Origin: Rhodothermales bacterium
GTDB taxonomy: Bacteria > Bacteroidota > Rhodothermia > Rhodothermales > JABDKH01
Direction of reading: 5' to 3'
NCBI GenBank assembly: GCA_965224105.1
Contig: CBDCYH010000002.1
Coordinates: forward strand, 2,028,930-2,092,929
DNA: 64,000 nucleotides
The stretch's first letter is position 1. Each line of letters opens with the position of its first letter. The notes beneath the pieces are model-generated. The model was not told the DNA's origin, searched no databases, and saw only the letters and a program-made list of their open reading frames with translations. Positions 8,325-17,810 of the stretch are shown one piece after another. The translations under genes and the position numbers were made by a program.

Positions 8325-9542
8325 ATGTATCCGGACACATATATAATTGATGGGATCAGAACGCCGATTGGACGAATCGGTGGCTCGCTAGCTACCATCC
8401 GAACGGACGACCTGGGAGCATTGGTAATTCGCGAGATTCTTAATCGGAATCCGTCCATTCCGCCAGAAAGCATCGACGATGTTATCATGGGATGCGCCAA
8501 TCAGGCAGGCGAGGACAACAGAAATGTTGCTCGGATGTGTTTGCTTCTCGCTGGCTTACCGTGGAGTGTGCCGGGCGAAACCGTCAACAGACTCTGCTCA
8601 TCTGGAATGGCAGCTGCAATCCATGCCGCGCGGGCAATCACCTCGGGGGATGGGGATGTTTTTATTGCCGGCGGTGTCGAAAATATGACACGGGGTCCGT
8701 TTGTTCTCTCCAAAGCATCCAGCGCCTTTGGTAGGGATGCGAAGTTATTCGACTCGAGTTTTGGGTGGCGGTTTGTTAACCCCAGAATGGAATCGATGTA
8801 CGGAACAGATGGAATGGGACAGACCGCAGAGAACCTGGTAGATCGTTACCACATCAGTAGGCAGGCCCAGGATCAATTCGCGGCGGCGTCTCAAGCCAAG
8901 GCGGCGGCCGCACGGGACAATGGCAGGCTTGCCGAGGAGATTATACCCGTTAAAATTCCTGTCAGGAAAAGTGATCCAATATTGTTTGAGCATGACGAGT
9001 TTATTCGACCGGGAACTACATCCGAGGTGCTTGCAAAACTCCGGCCCGCGTTTCGGTCAGCCGAGGACGGTGGGAGTGTAACTGCAGGTAATTCAAGCGG
9101 ACTCAACGATGGGGCCGCAGCAATGATTATTGCCAGTGGGACTGCGGTAGAAAAGTATTCGCTGAAACCGTTGGCGCGGATTATAAGCTCAGCTGTCACT
9201 GGCGTTGAACCCAGAATTATGGGTATCGGGCCAGTGCACGCATCGGCACGAGCGTTGGAGAAAGCTGGGCTCGCGATGGAGCAGATGGACATCATTGAAC
9301 TCAACGAGGCTTTCGCCGCGCAGTCCCTGGCATGCATCAGAGAATGGGGCCTTGCAGACGATGACCCGCGTATTAATCCCAACGGTGGAGCCATTGCACT
9401 TGGCCATCCGCTCGGTATGTCTGGCACCCGAATCTTACACACCGCTGCGCTTGAGCTCTCGCAGAAGAACCTACGTTACGCGCTTGTGACGATGTGTGTA
9501 GGAGTTGGGCAGGGGTATGCTACTGTAATTGAGCGGGCCTAA
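8325..9542 (+). CDS. pcaF: Acetyl-CoA C-acyltransferase (3-oxoadipyl-CoA thiolase-like)
   Basis: GCANQAGEDNRNVARM, NRLCSSG catalytic Cys, NEAFA, GHPLG and MCVGVGQG. Confidence 0.85.
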   Translation: MYPDTYIIDGIRTPIGRIGGSLATIRTDDLGALVIREILNRNPSIPPESIDDVIMGCANQAGEDNRNVARMCLLLAGLPWSVPGETVNRLCSSGMAAAIHAARAITSGDGDVFIAGGVENMTRGPFVLSKASSAFGRDAKLFDSSFGWRFVNPRMESMYGTDGMGQTAENLVDRYHISRQAQDQFAAASQAKAAAARDNGRLAEEIIPVKIPVRKSDPILFEHDEFIRPGTTSEVLAKLRPAFRSAEDGGSVTAGNSSGLNDGAAAMIIASGTAVEKYSLKPLARIISSAVTGVEPRIMGIGPVHASARALEKAGLAMEQMDIIELNEAFAAQSLACIREWGLADDDPRINPNGGAIALGHPLGMSGTRILHTAALELSQKNLRYALVTMCVGVGQGYATVIERA

Positions 9543-9583
9543 CCCCACTGTTGCGACTGAAACCCATGCTGCATCACCTCCGG

Positions 9584-9667
9584 TACCCGGGGTGGGACTC
9601 GAACCCACACGACATCGCTGTCAACGGTGTTTGAGACCGTAGCGTCTACCAATTCCGCCACCCGGGC
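9584..9667 (-). tRNA. tRNA-Leu(CAA)
   Basis: GCCCGGGTGGCGGAATTGGTAGACGC, anticodon arm ACGGT-CTCAAAC-ACCGT, long variable arm, GTGGG-TTCGAGT-CCCAC; CCA not encoded (CCG follows). Confidence 0.95.
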
Positions 9668-9833
9668 ACATTCGATACCATCGTCGCCAGGACCAGTGCT
9701 GACAACTTTTCGACGGCCACGAATATACCGCTAATCTTTTTCCGAAACGAATTCAAGTCCATTGCCTCGGAGTATCCCGGGTAGCTGCCGCTGGTTACCT
9801 TGAGTTCTATCCAGACCTTAACTATTGCCGGAC

Positions 9834-10790
9834 ATGATTCTCCAACCAACTCTCGCAATATCCTGCCTCGCGCTGCTATCACTTTCCGCGTGTGTGACTC
9901 CCATCCACAACGATGAGTCGTTTGAAATGGGGATGCCCACTGATTCGGTTGAAGTCTTCGGGTCTGGGATACTCTCCGACAACGCTATCACCCGTGACTT
10001 CACTATCAATTCCGCCGGCACTGATCTATTCTACACCAGAGTCGCTCCCAAGAATCGCATCAGCGTTATCATGCATGCGACAAAGAATGCGGATGGCCAA
10101 TGGAGCTTGCCCGAGATGGCTCCATTCTCAGGAAGGTACGCGGATCTCGAACCAGCCTTTTCGCCTGATGGTAAGCGATTATTTTTCGCTTCCAAACGTC
10201 CTCGGTCGGAAGCGGACAGCAGAACCGACTTTGACATCTGGGTGGTTGACTGGACAGGCAATGGTTGGTCAGAGCCACAGAACCTCGCGATGAACACCAC
10301 TGGCGATGAGTTCTATCCTTCGGTGGCTGCGAACGGCAACCTCTACTATACTGCGCAGCGGGACTCGGCACCGGGACGCGAGGACATATTCGTGAGCACG
10401 CAGGCGTCGGGATACTCTGATGAGACTGCCTTGGGCCCGGGTGTCAACACCGATAAGTATGAATTCAATGCATTCGTTTCACCTGACGAAGAATATTTGC
10501 TGTTTACCAGCTTTGGGAGGGAGGACGACCTGGGCGGAGGAGACCTCTATATCAGCCGGCGTTCCGCGAACGGCGCATGGGGGCCTGCAGAGAATCTGGG
10601 ACCCAACTACAACTCTCCAGCCCTGGATTTTTCACCCTTCGCCTTTCCGGATGGGCAGATACTTGTCTTTTCATCTGAGCGCACGGAGATACCAGCGGCA
10701 TTCGGCTCTCCCATAACAGCAGAATCGTTCGAAGCCATGCTGGATTCCCCGGTCAATGGCAACATGAGTTTGTATTGGGTGAAGTGGTAG
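9834..10790 (+). CDS. PD40/WD40-like beta-propeller lipoprotein (TolB-like)
   Basis: Lipobox LSLSAC; repeated P.FSPDG.RLFF.S, PSVAANG and AFVSPDE motifs. Confidence 0.8.
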   Translation: MILQPTLAISCLALLSLSACVTPIHNDESFEMGMPTDSVEVFGSGILSDNAITRDFTINSAGTDLFYTRVAPKNRISVIMHATKNADGQWSLPEMAPFSGRYADLEPAFSPDGKRLFFASKRPRSEADSRTDFDIWVVDWTGNGWSEPQNLAMNTTGDEFYPSVAANGNLYYTAQRDSAPGREDIFVSTQASGYSDETALGPGVNTDKYEFNAFVSPDEEYLLFTSFGREDDLGGGDLYISRRSANGAWGPAENLGPNYNSPALDFSPFAFPDGQILVFSSERTEIPAAFGSPITAESFEAMLDSPVNGNMSLYWVKW

Positions 10791-11019
10791 CCCCGGTCGC
10801 GAGTGGCCGGAATATCTGGATGGTACAGCGGAGAGTTTGGACCGCGGTTTGTAATAGTCTCTCGAAACGATCTTTTGATACTGACGATAGACCGAATTAA
10901 GCGAAATTCGCCGAATTTAGGACTCTCAAAACGGGATTGATCAAAGCGAGACTCAGAGATGAGACCCAACTTGATCATTCTGATACTCGCAGACTCACTC
11001 CACCAGAGTTACTACTGAC

Positions 11020-11703
11020 ATGGGAAATCAACAGCTACTACTACTCGTACTGGGTACAATAATCGCCGGCCTCGCCGTTGCCGCTGGCGCCAGTGCCTTT
11101 GAAGCCAAACGGCAGAAAGCCGCTATGGAGCTCGACCAGGTTGCACTTATGGACCTTGCTGCCAAAGCTCAGACCTGGAAAATGAAACCACGCGTACTAG
11201 GCGGTGGCGATCATACTCCCAAGCAAAATTTCGCCGACATGTCAGTTGCCGATCTTGGTGTATCCTCAGCAGAACACCTTTTCGCTGGGCTAGGAGAAGC
11301 TGGTGGCGAGACATCTGTAGACAAGGACGTTGTTCAGACCCAGGACGGCACGTGCTACCATGTTCGCAAGAACGAAGAAGGTCTTACGATTTCGACTCTG
11401 AAGGAGTCATGCGAAAAGTCTGACTGGAGCAGCTCGATCTTTGTTAAGGGCACAACCCCAGCAGACATTACCTGGTTGTCAAGAGACGACATCACTACGA
11501 TGGCAGGCGGTTCTCTTGGACTGGCTTCAAGCGGAACGCTCGGATCAGTTGATTCAACGTCAACTGGTTACAACATCGGTTCGATTGACGAGGAAGGAAA
11601 CGGCGGAAACGGCGGCGGACTTCCTGAGTCATGTGATGAGGAGCTGGAACTTCGTGACCAGCCACTCGACTGCCTCCAGGAACTCATCGAAGATTCCATC
11701 TAG
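11020..11703 (+). CDS. Hypothetical protein with pilin-like N-terminal hydrophobic helix
   Basis: MGNQQLLLLVLGTIIAGLAVAAG followed by an amphipathic helix and GGG; four Cys in the C-terminal half. Confidence 0.6.
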   Translation: MGNQQLLLLVLGTIIAGLAVAAGASAFEAKRQKAAMELDQVALMDLAAKAQTWKMKPRVLGGGDHTPKQNFADMSVADLGVSSAEHLFAGLGEAGGETSVDKDVVQTQDGTCYHVRKNEEGLTISTLKESCEKSDWSSSIFVKGTTPADITWLSRDDITTMAGGSLGLASSGTLGSVDSTSTGYNIGSIDEEGNGGNGGGLPESCDEELELRDQPLDCLQELIEDSI

Positions 11704-12776
11704 ACGCGGCGACCTTTCCACTGAACCCGACCCAGCCACGTACTAACGGCGGAGTCGATATTGAGGATCGCTGTCAGTAGGAAAGAAATTGGAGCAAGCA
11801 GGCTAACCCACAAGGGAAACCTGCCAAGCCGATCTGTGATTAGCTTCATCACGAAAAGCAACAACAGGAAGCCAACCCAGAGAAACGGTGCCGCCAAATA
11901 GGTGAGTACAAAGTGGCACCAGAGAAAGAGAAAAGTCGCGACACTTCCCCCCAACATCAAGTAAGCGTTTTTCCGAAATCCACCCCACGCATCACGCATT
12001 GAGTTGTACATAAAGACCTCGATGTCATCCTGAAGATTAACCAGTGCGGGTCTGATTCTTTTTTCAGTAAGCAGCCTGCCAATCATCACATCCTCGAGCA
12101 CCTCATTCTTTACGGCAGCATGCGGTTCGTGCTCGAAGTAGTGTTTGGTGTCGATCATCCAGCATTGCCCATTGAGCGCTCCAAACGCTCGTACACGCAT
12201 ACGCTTGGTTAGCCACCAAGGCAGGCCGGTCATTATCGCGTTGATCACCATGCTGGTGAGTAGGTCGCCGCCTCCGCGAAGCCTGGTTACTCCAGTCAAT
12301 ACGGTGTTTTCTCCGGCGCCATGATGGTGCCGAACAAAATTTCGTAGCGCATCTTCGTGCCGCAGGCGCGAGTCAGCATCCAGGAATAATATCTTCTCCT
12401 TGCCAACATTTCGTGTGACGGAGAACAACGCGTATACTTTTCCTACCCAGCCCTCGGGCGGTCCGTCGCCCTCGATCAGACGAATGGACAGGTGCGGATA
12501 TCGCGATATGAAATCCCTGACAATCGCTCCAGTTCTATCTTCTGATCCATCATTATAAACGATAATCTCATAATCCGGATAATCCTGCCGGACGAGGGAT
12601 TCGAGAAGGCGGCCGATATTTCTTTCTTCGTTACGCGCGGGGATAACCGCCGAAATCGATGGGAATCGATTCGGTGTAGACGGCTTGTGTCGGCGGAGGT
12701 AGAATAGTCCACCAATCAGATTTATCCACAGAATCGCATGGGTGACGGCGACGTAGACCAGTAGCGCGGTCATCAT
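11700..12776 (-). CDS. Glycosyltransferase family 2, similar in layout to carotenoid glycosyltransferases (CrtQ/CruC type)
   Basis: VIPARNEE, YNDGSED, GWVGK, LFLDAD, NGQC, EDV motifs and C-terminal WKGR; N- and C-terminal TM segments. Confidence 0.8.
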   Translation of the reverse strand: MMTALLVYVAVTHAILWINLIGGLFYLRRHKPSTPNRFPSISAVIPARNEERNIGRLLESLVRQDYPDYEIIVYNDGSEDRTGAIVRDFISRYPHLSIRLIEGDGPPEGWVGKVYALFSVTRNVGKEKILFLDADSRLRHEDALRNFVRHHHGAGENTVLTGVTRLRGGGDLLTSMVINAIMTGLPWWLTKRMRVRAFGALNGQCWMIDTKHYFEHEPHAAVKNEVLEDVMIGRLLTEKRIRPALVNLQDDIEVFMYNSMRDAWGGFRKNAYLMLGGSVATFLFLWCHFVLTYLAAPFLWVGFLLLLFVMKLITDRLGRFPLWVSLLAPISFLLTAILNIDSAVSTWLGRVQWKGRRV

Positions 12777-12832
12777 CCGACGGGCTCGACGTCTAGCATG
12801 GCAGATCCCTGCAGAAAAAACTTTCGTCAGCG

Positions 12833-12860
12833 TGTCCCTTCCGCCTGGTGCCGTTCGTCA
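12833..12860 (+). promoter_or_regulatory. Candidate ECF promoter TGTCCC-N17-CGTC for the YciI-sigma operon
   Basis: TGTC at 12833 and CGTC at 12856-12859, 39 nt before ATG 12899. Confidence 0.5.
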
Positions 12861-12898
12861 TAGGAGTAAATCTATTTATCCCAAAACAGAAGATAGTT

Positions 12899-13243
12899 AT
12901 GAAAAACTTTATGCTCATTTTCAAAGGTCCCGATTACGGTCAGCTCGGTTTGTCGCCAGAGGAGACGCAAATTCAAATGGGGAAGTGGTTCTCGTGGGTT
13001 GACAAACTGCAAAAGCAAGGCATCTATGGCGGCGGGGAAGCACTCCACCCAACCGGCAAGAAGGTGACCGGCGTGGATACCGTCACGGATGGGCCATTTG
13101 TTGAAGCAAAGGAACTGGTCGGTGGATATTTTATCGTCCAGGCGGAGGATATGGATGCGGCAATCGAAATATCAAAAGACTTTCCTGATTTTCATCTGGA
13201 CAGCCACGTCGAAGTACGGGAGGTCGTAGTATTTGAACAATAG
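12899..13243 (+). CDS. YciI (DGPF) family protein
   Basis: TDGPFVEAKELVGGYF and VEVREV motifs; ATG 12899. Confidence 0.9.
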   Translation: MKNFMLIFKGPDYGQLGLSPEETQIQMGKWFSWVDKLQKQGIYGGGEALHPTGKKVTGVDTVTDGPFVEAKELVGGYFIVQAEDMDAAIEISKDFPDFHLDSHVEVREVVVFEQ

Positions 13244-13245
13244 GA

Positions 13246-14484
13246 ATGGATAGCGAATCGCACAACGAACTGGTCGACCATCTTTTCAGAGAGGAGCACG
13301 GAAAGATGGTCGCCGTCCTTACCCGCATTTTTGGTTTTCACCAGCTGTCGATGGTTGAGGATGTTGTGCAGGAGTCCTTTCTCAGTGCCCTTAGGTCCTG
13401 GCGCACAGAGATACCGAGCAACCCTCGCGCGTGGTTAATGCGCGTTGCGCGGAATCGCGCGGTAGATTGTATTCGCCGTGGTAAGCTAAACCTCGAAGTG
13501 CTCCAGTCGATGGATCCTTCCGCGGTGGTAGTTAGCATTAATGAGCTGTTCCATGATCGCGAGATTGCGGACAGCCAGCTGAGACTGGTGTTTGCCTGTT
13601 GCCACCCTGTGCTCAACGAGCGTGATCAGATTGCGTTTACGTTGCAGTTGGCAGGGGGGTTTGGTGTGCGGGAGATAGCGCGAGCGTTGCTTACAAAGGA
13701 GGAGGCTGTGAAGAAGCGGTTGCAGCGAGCGCGCGCGCGGATAGTGAGTGGAAACGTGGAGATGGCAATACCGTCTGGCGGTGCCGTGGAGGCGAGGCTG
13801 GGGGCGGTTCTAAGGGTACTGTATCTCATTTTCAACGAGGGATACCATTCGGTATCCAGCGACACCGTTATTCGGCGGGACCTTTGTGCCGAGTCGATGC
13901 GCTTAGCAAAATTAGTTTGCGAGCACAAAACCACAAACACAGCAGATTCCAATGCTCTGGTTGCGCTAATGTGTTACCACGCTTCACGATTCGACGCCCG
14001 CATCGGACCTGATGAAGAGATTATCCTCCTGGAAGACCAGGACAGATCCAAATGGGATCGAGAGCTTCTTAATATCGGCAACCGATACTTTGCGAGAGCG
14101 GCGTCGACCGGAGTCAGTAGTCGCTACCTCCTCGAGGCTGCTATATCTGCGCAGCATGCGTTTGCCCGTTCGTACAGAGAAACGCGCTGGGACCATCTTC
14201 TCACTCTGTACGATTCTCTGTACCAACTCGAACCGTCTCCAATGATCCAGTTGAATAGAGGTATCGTCCAGGCAGAAATGGGAGATGTTGATGAAGCACT
14301 AACGGCGATTGGACTGCTTTCTGTGGACGACTTTGTTGGAAGGGAGGCACTATACCATTGTGTAAAGGCCAGGCTGCTGGGAAAGCTGGGAAGGGAAGAC
14401 GAAAAGGTAACTCAACTACGACTGGCATTGGCTTCGAGTAATACGGCGGCAGAGAAGAAGCTGATCGAAAGTTTGCTACCGTGA
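13246..14484 (+). CDS. ECF sigma factor with long C-terminal (TPR-like) extension, YciI-associated type
   Basis: VEDVVQESFLSA, PRAWLMRVARNRAVD, QLRLVFACCHP, YLIFNEGY and LLEDQDRSKWD motifs. Confidence 0.9.
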   Translation: MDSESHNELVDHLFREEHGKMVAVLTRIFGFHQLSMVEDVVQESFLSALRSWRTEIPSNPRAWLMRVARNRAVDCIRRGKLNLEVLQSMDPSAVVVSINELFHDREIADSQLRLVFACCHPVLNERDQIAFTLQLAGGFGVREIARALLTKEEAVKKRLQRARARIVSGNVEMAIPSGGAVEARLGAVLRVLYLIFNEGYHSVSSDTVIRRDLCAESMRLAKLVCEHKTTNTADSNALVALMCYHASRFDARIGPDEEIILLEDQDRSKWDRELLNIGNRYFARAASTGVSSRYLLEAAISAQHAFARSYRETRWDHLLTLYDSLYQLEPSPMIQLNRGIVQAEMGDVDEALTAIGLLSVDDFVGREALYHCVKARLLGKLGREDEKVTQLRLALASSNTAAEKKLIESLLP

Positions 14485-14485
14485 C

Positions 14486-14881
14486 CTACTCGTTCATCAG
14501 AGAATACTCAAACTCGTAGGAGTGCCGGCCGTCTTCGATGATGATCTGCATGGATCCTGTCAACCCTGCTAATTCCTCCGTGCCAGAATCGGGAACCACG
14601 ATGATACTTTGAGACGGCTCTCCCCGAGACATCGTGCTGCTGTGTTGCAAGGCAAACGAACCCTTCTTCCCATCCAACTCGCCGCGAACTCGTTCCATTG
14701 CTACATATCCAGCTGATCCCTGGACCTCGCCCATTGTAGCAATCATTTGGCCGTTGCTTTGACCAACAATGTCACCTGCGAACGTCTTGTCGATGGATCT
14801 CCTACCAATCGTCGGCTCATTCAGATGTGAATCATCCTGAGGTTCAAGTTTGACCACGAAGGTCCCGGTTGCCTTTTTCAT
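14486..14881 (-). CDS. DUF3224 family protein
   Basis: IDKTFAGD, SAGYVAMERV.G.L.G..GSFALQH and VVPDSGTEELAGL motifs. Confidence 0.85.
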   Translation of the reverse strand: MKKATGTFVVKLEPQDDSHLNEPTIGRRSIDKTFAGDIVGQSNGQMIATMGEVQGSAGYVAMERVRGELDGKKGSFALQHSSTMSRGEPSQSIIVVPDSGTEELAGLTGSMQIIIEDGRHSYEFEYSLMNE

Positions 14882-14933
14882 TCTACTCTGGTTGTTGTGA
14901 TTCCCGAGGGAGTTGAAGCCAAATTGTGTCGGC

Positions 14934-15299
14934 CTACGCTATGGACAGCCGTTGTGTTTCATATGTCAGAGTTGTGTCTTCGACCAGAAGGTTGCTGAGG
15001 CGCCCATAGCCACACCCCGGACTTCTCTCTGCTGGAATCGACGAGACGATGGATCCATTCTCATCAGAATATCCCACGACAGTACTGTCCGACGCAAAGC
15101 TGATACGAATCCCTTCGATCGGAATTGACGTGTTCTCGTCGAGGACGACGCTGTTTACCCTCAAGGTGTCCGCTGTCCAGCAGCCGCAAAACGATTGCGC
15201 GCACGGAACCTGAGCCATTCCTCCCGTCGGAGCGGCGACAAAAATCAATACCACAAAGCGGCGAATCCATTTTACGGATTGATTACGATGCGTTTCCAT
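14934..15299 (-). CDS. Small secreted hypothetical protein (Cys-containing)
   Basis: ATG 15299 overlaps the peptidase stop; hydrophobic segment, then CAQSFCGC and a carboxypeptidase-regulatory-like beta segment. Confidence 0.45.
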   Translation of the reverse strand: METHRNQSVKWIRRFVVLIFVAAPTGGMAQVPCAQSFCGCWTADTLRVNSVVLDENTSIPIEGIRISFASDSTVVGYSDENGSIVSSIPAERSPGCGYGRLSNLLVEDTTLTYETQRLSIA

Positions 15300-16653
15300 A
15301 CAACTGGTAGAATCGGATGATCGACCGGATTCCCTCTGCATAGCGATCCAGCCCAAAGTGTTCGTTGGGAGAATGAATTGCGTCGGAGGTAAGGCCAAAC
15401 CCCATCAGAACCGTGTCCAGGCCGAGGATTTCTTTGAACTCTGCGACCACGGGAATAGAGCCACCCTCTCGTGTAAAGAATGGTTTCCTTCCGTACTCCA
15501 TTTCCATTGCCTTTGCCGCGGCTTGCATGGCCGGTGCCTCCGTGTTGACCAACAGCCCTTTGCCACCGTGCAGTTTAGTGAACTTCACTTGCATCGTGTC
15601 TGGAGCGTTCTTCAGAAAGTACTGTCGAAGTTGTTCTGAAACTTCATCGGTGTCCTGGTCAGGAACCAACCGCATGGAAATTTTAGCTGATGCTTCCGAC
15701 GGCAATACCGTTTTGGCGCCTTTGCCGGTATATCCACTCCACATTCCATTGACATCGAGAGTAGGCCGGGATGTAGTAGCCTCAAGAATAGAATATCCTT
15801 CTTCGGTCCGCACTGCGGCAACATCAATCGAATCCATCCAGTCCTTCTCATCAAATGGGAGTGACTTGAAGGTGGCTCTCTCGTTTTCTGTAACGGGGAT
15901 CACCTTGTCATAGAATCCTGGGATAGTAACGCGATGGTTCTCGTCGTGCAGATTAGCAATTAGAGATGCCAGAGCGTTTGCAGGATTTTCTACCGCGCCA
16001 CCGAACACACCAGAATGCAAGTCGCGATCTGGTCCGCGCAGTGTTACTTCGCAGTAGGCCAGCCCCCGCAATCCGGACGTAATTGACGGCACGCCCTTTT
16101 CAAACATCGCAGTATCGGAAATGGCGACTACATCTGCAGATAGTTTATCGACATTGGCCCGGATGAAATCAGCCAGGTGTTCGGACCCGCTTTCCTCTTC
16201 GCCCTCTGCGAGAATTTTAATGTTCACTGCCAGCCGATCGTCGGCTTCGATAAGTGCCTCTAGCGCTTTAACGTGCATCATCAGTTGACCCTTGTCATCG
16301 CATGCGCCTCGAGCATATACACTTCCGTCTTTCACTACGGGCTCGAAGGGCGGTGAATTCCAGAGGGCAAGTGGATCAGGAGGCTGAACATCGTAATGAC
16401 CGTAAACAAGAATAGTCGGCGCCGAGGTTGAAGTGATGTGTTCCGCGTAAACGATAGGATGCCCTTCTGTTTCGCAAATTTCAACCGTTGCGACCCCAAT
16501 ACTTTTGAGCTCATTTGCCAGCCACTGTGCTCCATCGCGCACGGAACTGGAATAATCTGGATCGGTGCTGATGCTGGGAATCCTCAGGAATTCGAGCAGC
16601 TGATCCACCGACCGAGCCATGTTTTTGTTAGCGATTGCGAGAGCTTTTTCCAT
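15283..16653 (-). CDS. M20/M25/M40 family dipeptidase
   Basis: YGHYDVQP, RGACDDKG, EGEEESGS, GGSIPVV and HSPNE motifs. Confidence 0.9.
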   Translation of the reverse strand: MEKALAIANKNMARSVDQLLEFLRIPSISTDPDYSSSVRDGAQWLANELKSIGVATVEICETEGHPIVYAEHITSTSAPTILVYGHYDVQPPDPLALWNSPPFEPVVKDGSVYARGACDDKGQLMMHVKALEALIEADDRLAVNIKILAEGEEESGSEHLADFIRANVDKLSADVVAISDTAMFEKGVPSITSGLRGLAYCEVTLRGPDRDLHSGVFGGAVENPANALASLIANLHDENHRVTIPGFYDKVIPVTENERATFKSLPFDEKDWMDSIDVAAVRTEEGYSILEATTSRPTLDVNGMWSGYTGKGAKTVLPSEASAKISMRLVPDQDTDEVSEQLRQYFLKNAPDTMQVKFTKLHGGKGLLVNTEAPAMQAAAKAMEMEYGRKPFFTREGGSIPVVAEFKEILGLDTVLMGFGLTSDAIHSPNEHFGLDRYAEGIRSIIRFYQLYGNAS

Positions 16654-16710
16654 GAAGGGTTGGAGTTGGAAATCTTGGGGACGGAATATACGGTCGGGCG
16701 CAGAAGAACT

Positions 16711-17271
16711 CTAAAACTCGCTCTCGTCGCGCCAGCGTTTGAGTTTCCATGATAAGGTGGAATCCTCCCGCGCTAACAGAAAGTTGACATTGCCGTCACC
16801 GCGGAACTCGTCTCCGGAGTCCAGGGCAATGTTAAGATTGAACGATCGTATTACGCTCGCCTGTCGGCCATTGTCAAATTCGTTTTGACTAAGGATCTGA
16901 TTCCATTCCAGTCTGACTAGCGTGGAGTTCAGAAAGAGCCGGCGGGTGCTTTCGAGATCCTGCGTAAAGCCCCACTCTCGCTCAACCTGCGAATCAAAAT
17001 CGAAATAAATAAACCGGAAGGTGGAATCCAATAGCGGTTCATACAGGCCGATATCCCTCAGTTCGTACGAAGACTTGAATGCGGTGAAGTACCCGGAGAT
17101 TGTTCGGGGGTCTCCGAGCAGATCGTCAAGGGGATCACCTTCTTCGAGGGCCGGGGCAAACGGGTTACATCCAGCGACAAAGCCAATAAGCAGAATCGCG
17201 ACAACAACTACCGTTGTCGAAATCTGATTGCCGACGTCTAGGCCACGAACGATTCCTTGAAGTCGCTCCAT
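16711..17271 (-). CDS. Hypothetical lipoprotein (possible NTF2/SnoaL-like fold)
   Basis: Lipobox FVAGC|NPFAP; C-terminal WKLKRWRDES; true start may be downstream of 17271. Confidence 0.65.
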   Translation of the reverse strand: MERLQGIVRGLDVGNQISTTVVVVAILLIGFVAGCNPFAPALEEGDPLDDLLGDPRTISGYFTAFKSSYELRDIGLYEPLLDSTFRFIYFDFDSQVEREWGFTQDLESTRRLFLNSTLVRLEWNQILSQNEFDNGRQASVIRSFNLNIALDSGDEFRGDGNVNFLLAREDSTLSWKLKRWRDESEF

Positions 17272-17810
17272 GAAATCTGATTCTCAATTTCCTGATCCAC
17301 CCAGGTAGAAAGGTACCACAATCCGTCATCGCCTTTTTCGAATTGCCATGTGAGCCTACCCTGCGCCGTGGTTGGCGCATCCTGACGGCTGTGATCGATC
17401 CGGAGTACATAGGTAGCATCGAGGCGGGCGGTGGATTCATCCACTACGCTGAACGTACGGTCGTTGAGCTCGAGGCTTGCATTCGAAGACTCAGGCGTTG
17501 CTGCGATGGCCGTTGTGAAATACTGTTCCTCCTCGGTGGTGCTCCAATTTAGCCAGATGGAGGATCTGGCTGCTGCGGTAGCTGTCGGTGTGAACAAAAA
17601 TCCTGGCGACAGGGACCGGCGATAATTCTGGGGACTCTTTTGACCAACCGCGAGCTCGATATTTTGTATCACTTGCTCCGGAGTATCCGGCTGGAGGAAC
17701 TGGCTTCCGTCGACGATGGGTGGTTCGGGGGTGCGAGTGTCAAAAACTCCGCAGCCGGAAGACAGTGTCGCGGCTACGAATAATAGAAACGCTCGTTTGT
17801 GTAGAGGCAT
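17238..17810 (-). CDS. Hypothetical lipoprotein (possible NTF2/SnoaL-like fold)
   Basis: Lipobox LSSGC|GVFDTRTPEPP; C-terminal WYLSTWVD. Confidence 0.7.
   Translation of the reverse strand: MPLHKRAFLLFVAATLSSGCGVFDTRTPEPPIVDGSQFLQPDTPEQVIQNIELAVGQKSPQNYRRSLSPGFLFTPTATAAARSSIWLNWSTTEEEQYFTTAIAATPESSNASLELNDRTFSVVDESTARLDATYVLRIDHSRQDAPTTAQGRLTWQFEKGDDGLWYLSTWVDQEIENQISWSDFKESFVA

Noticed and set aside
9584-9667. tRNA-Leu as an integration site; G1-U72 pair
   Set aside because: No integrase, no duplicated tRNA 3' end and no island-like cargo; the wobble pair and non-encoded CCA are within normal variation.
10791-11019. Intergenic stretch with scattered GACTC/GAGAC words and a small inverted repeat
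   Set aside because: No regular periodicity or convincing stem; probably an ordinary promoter region.
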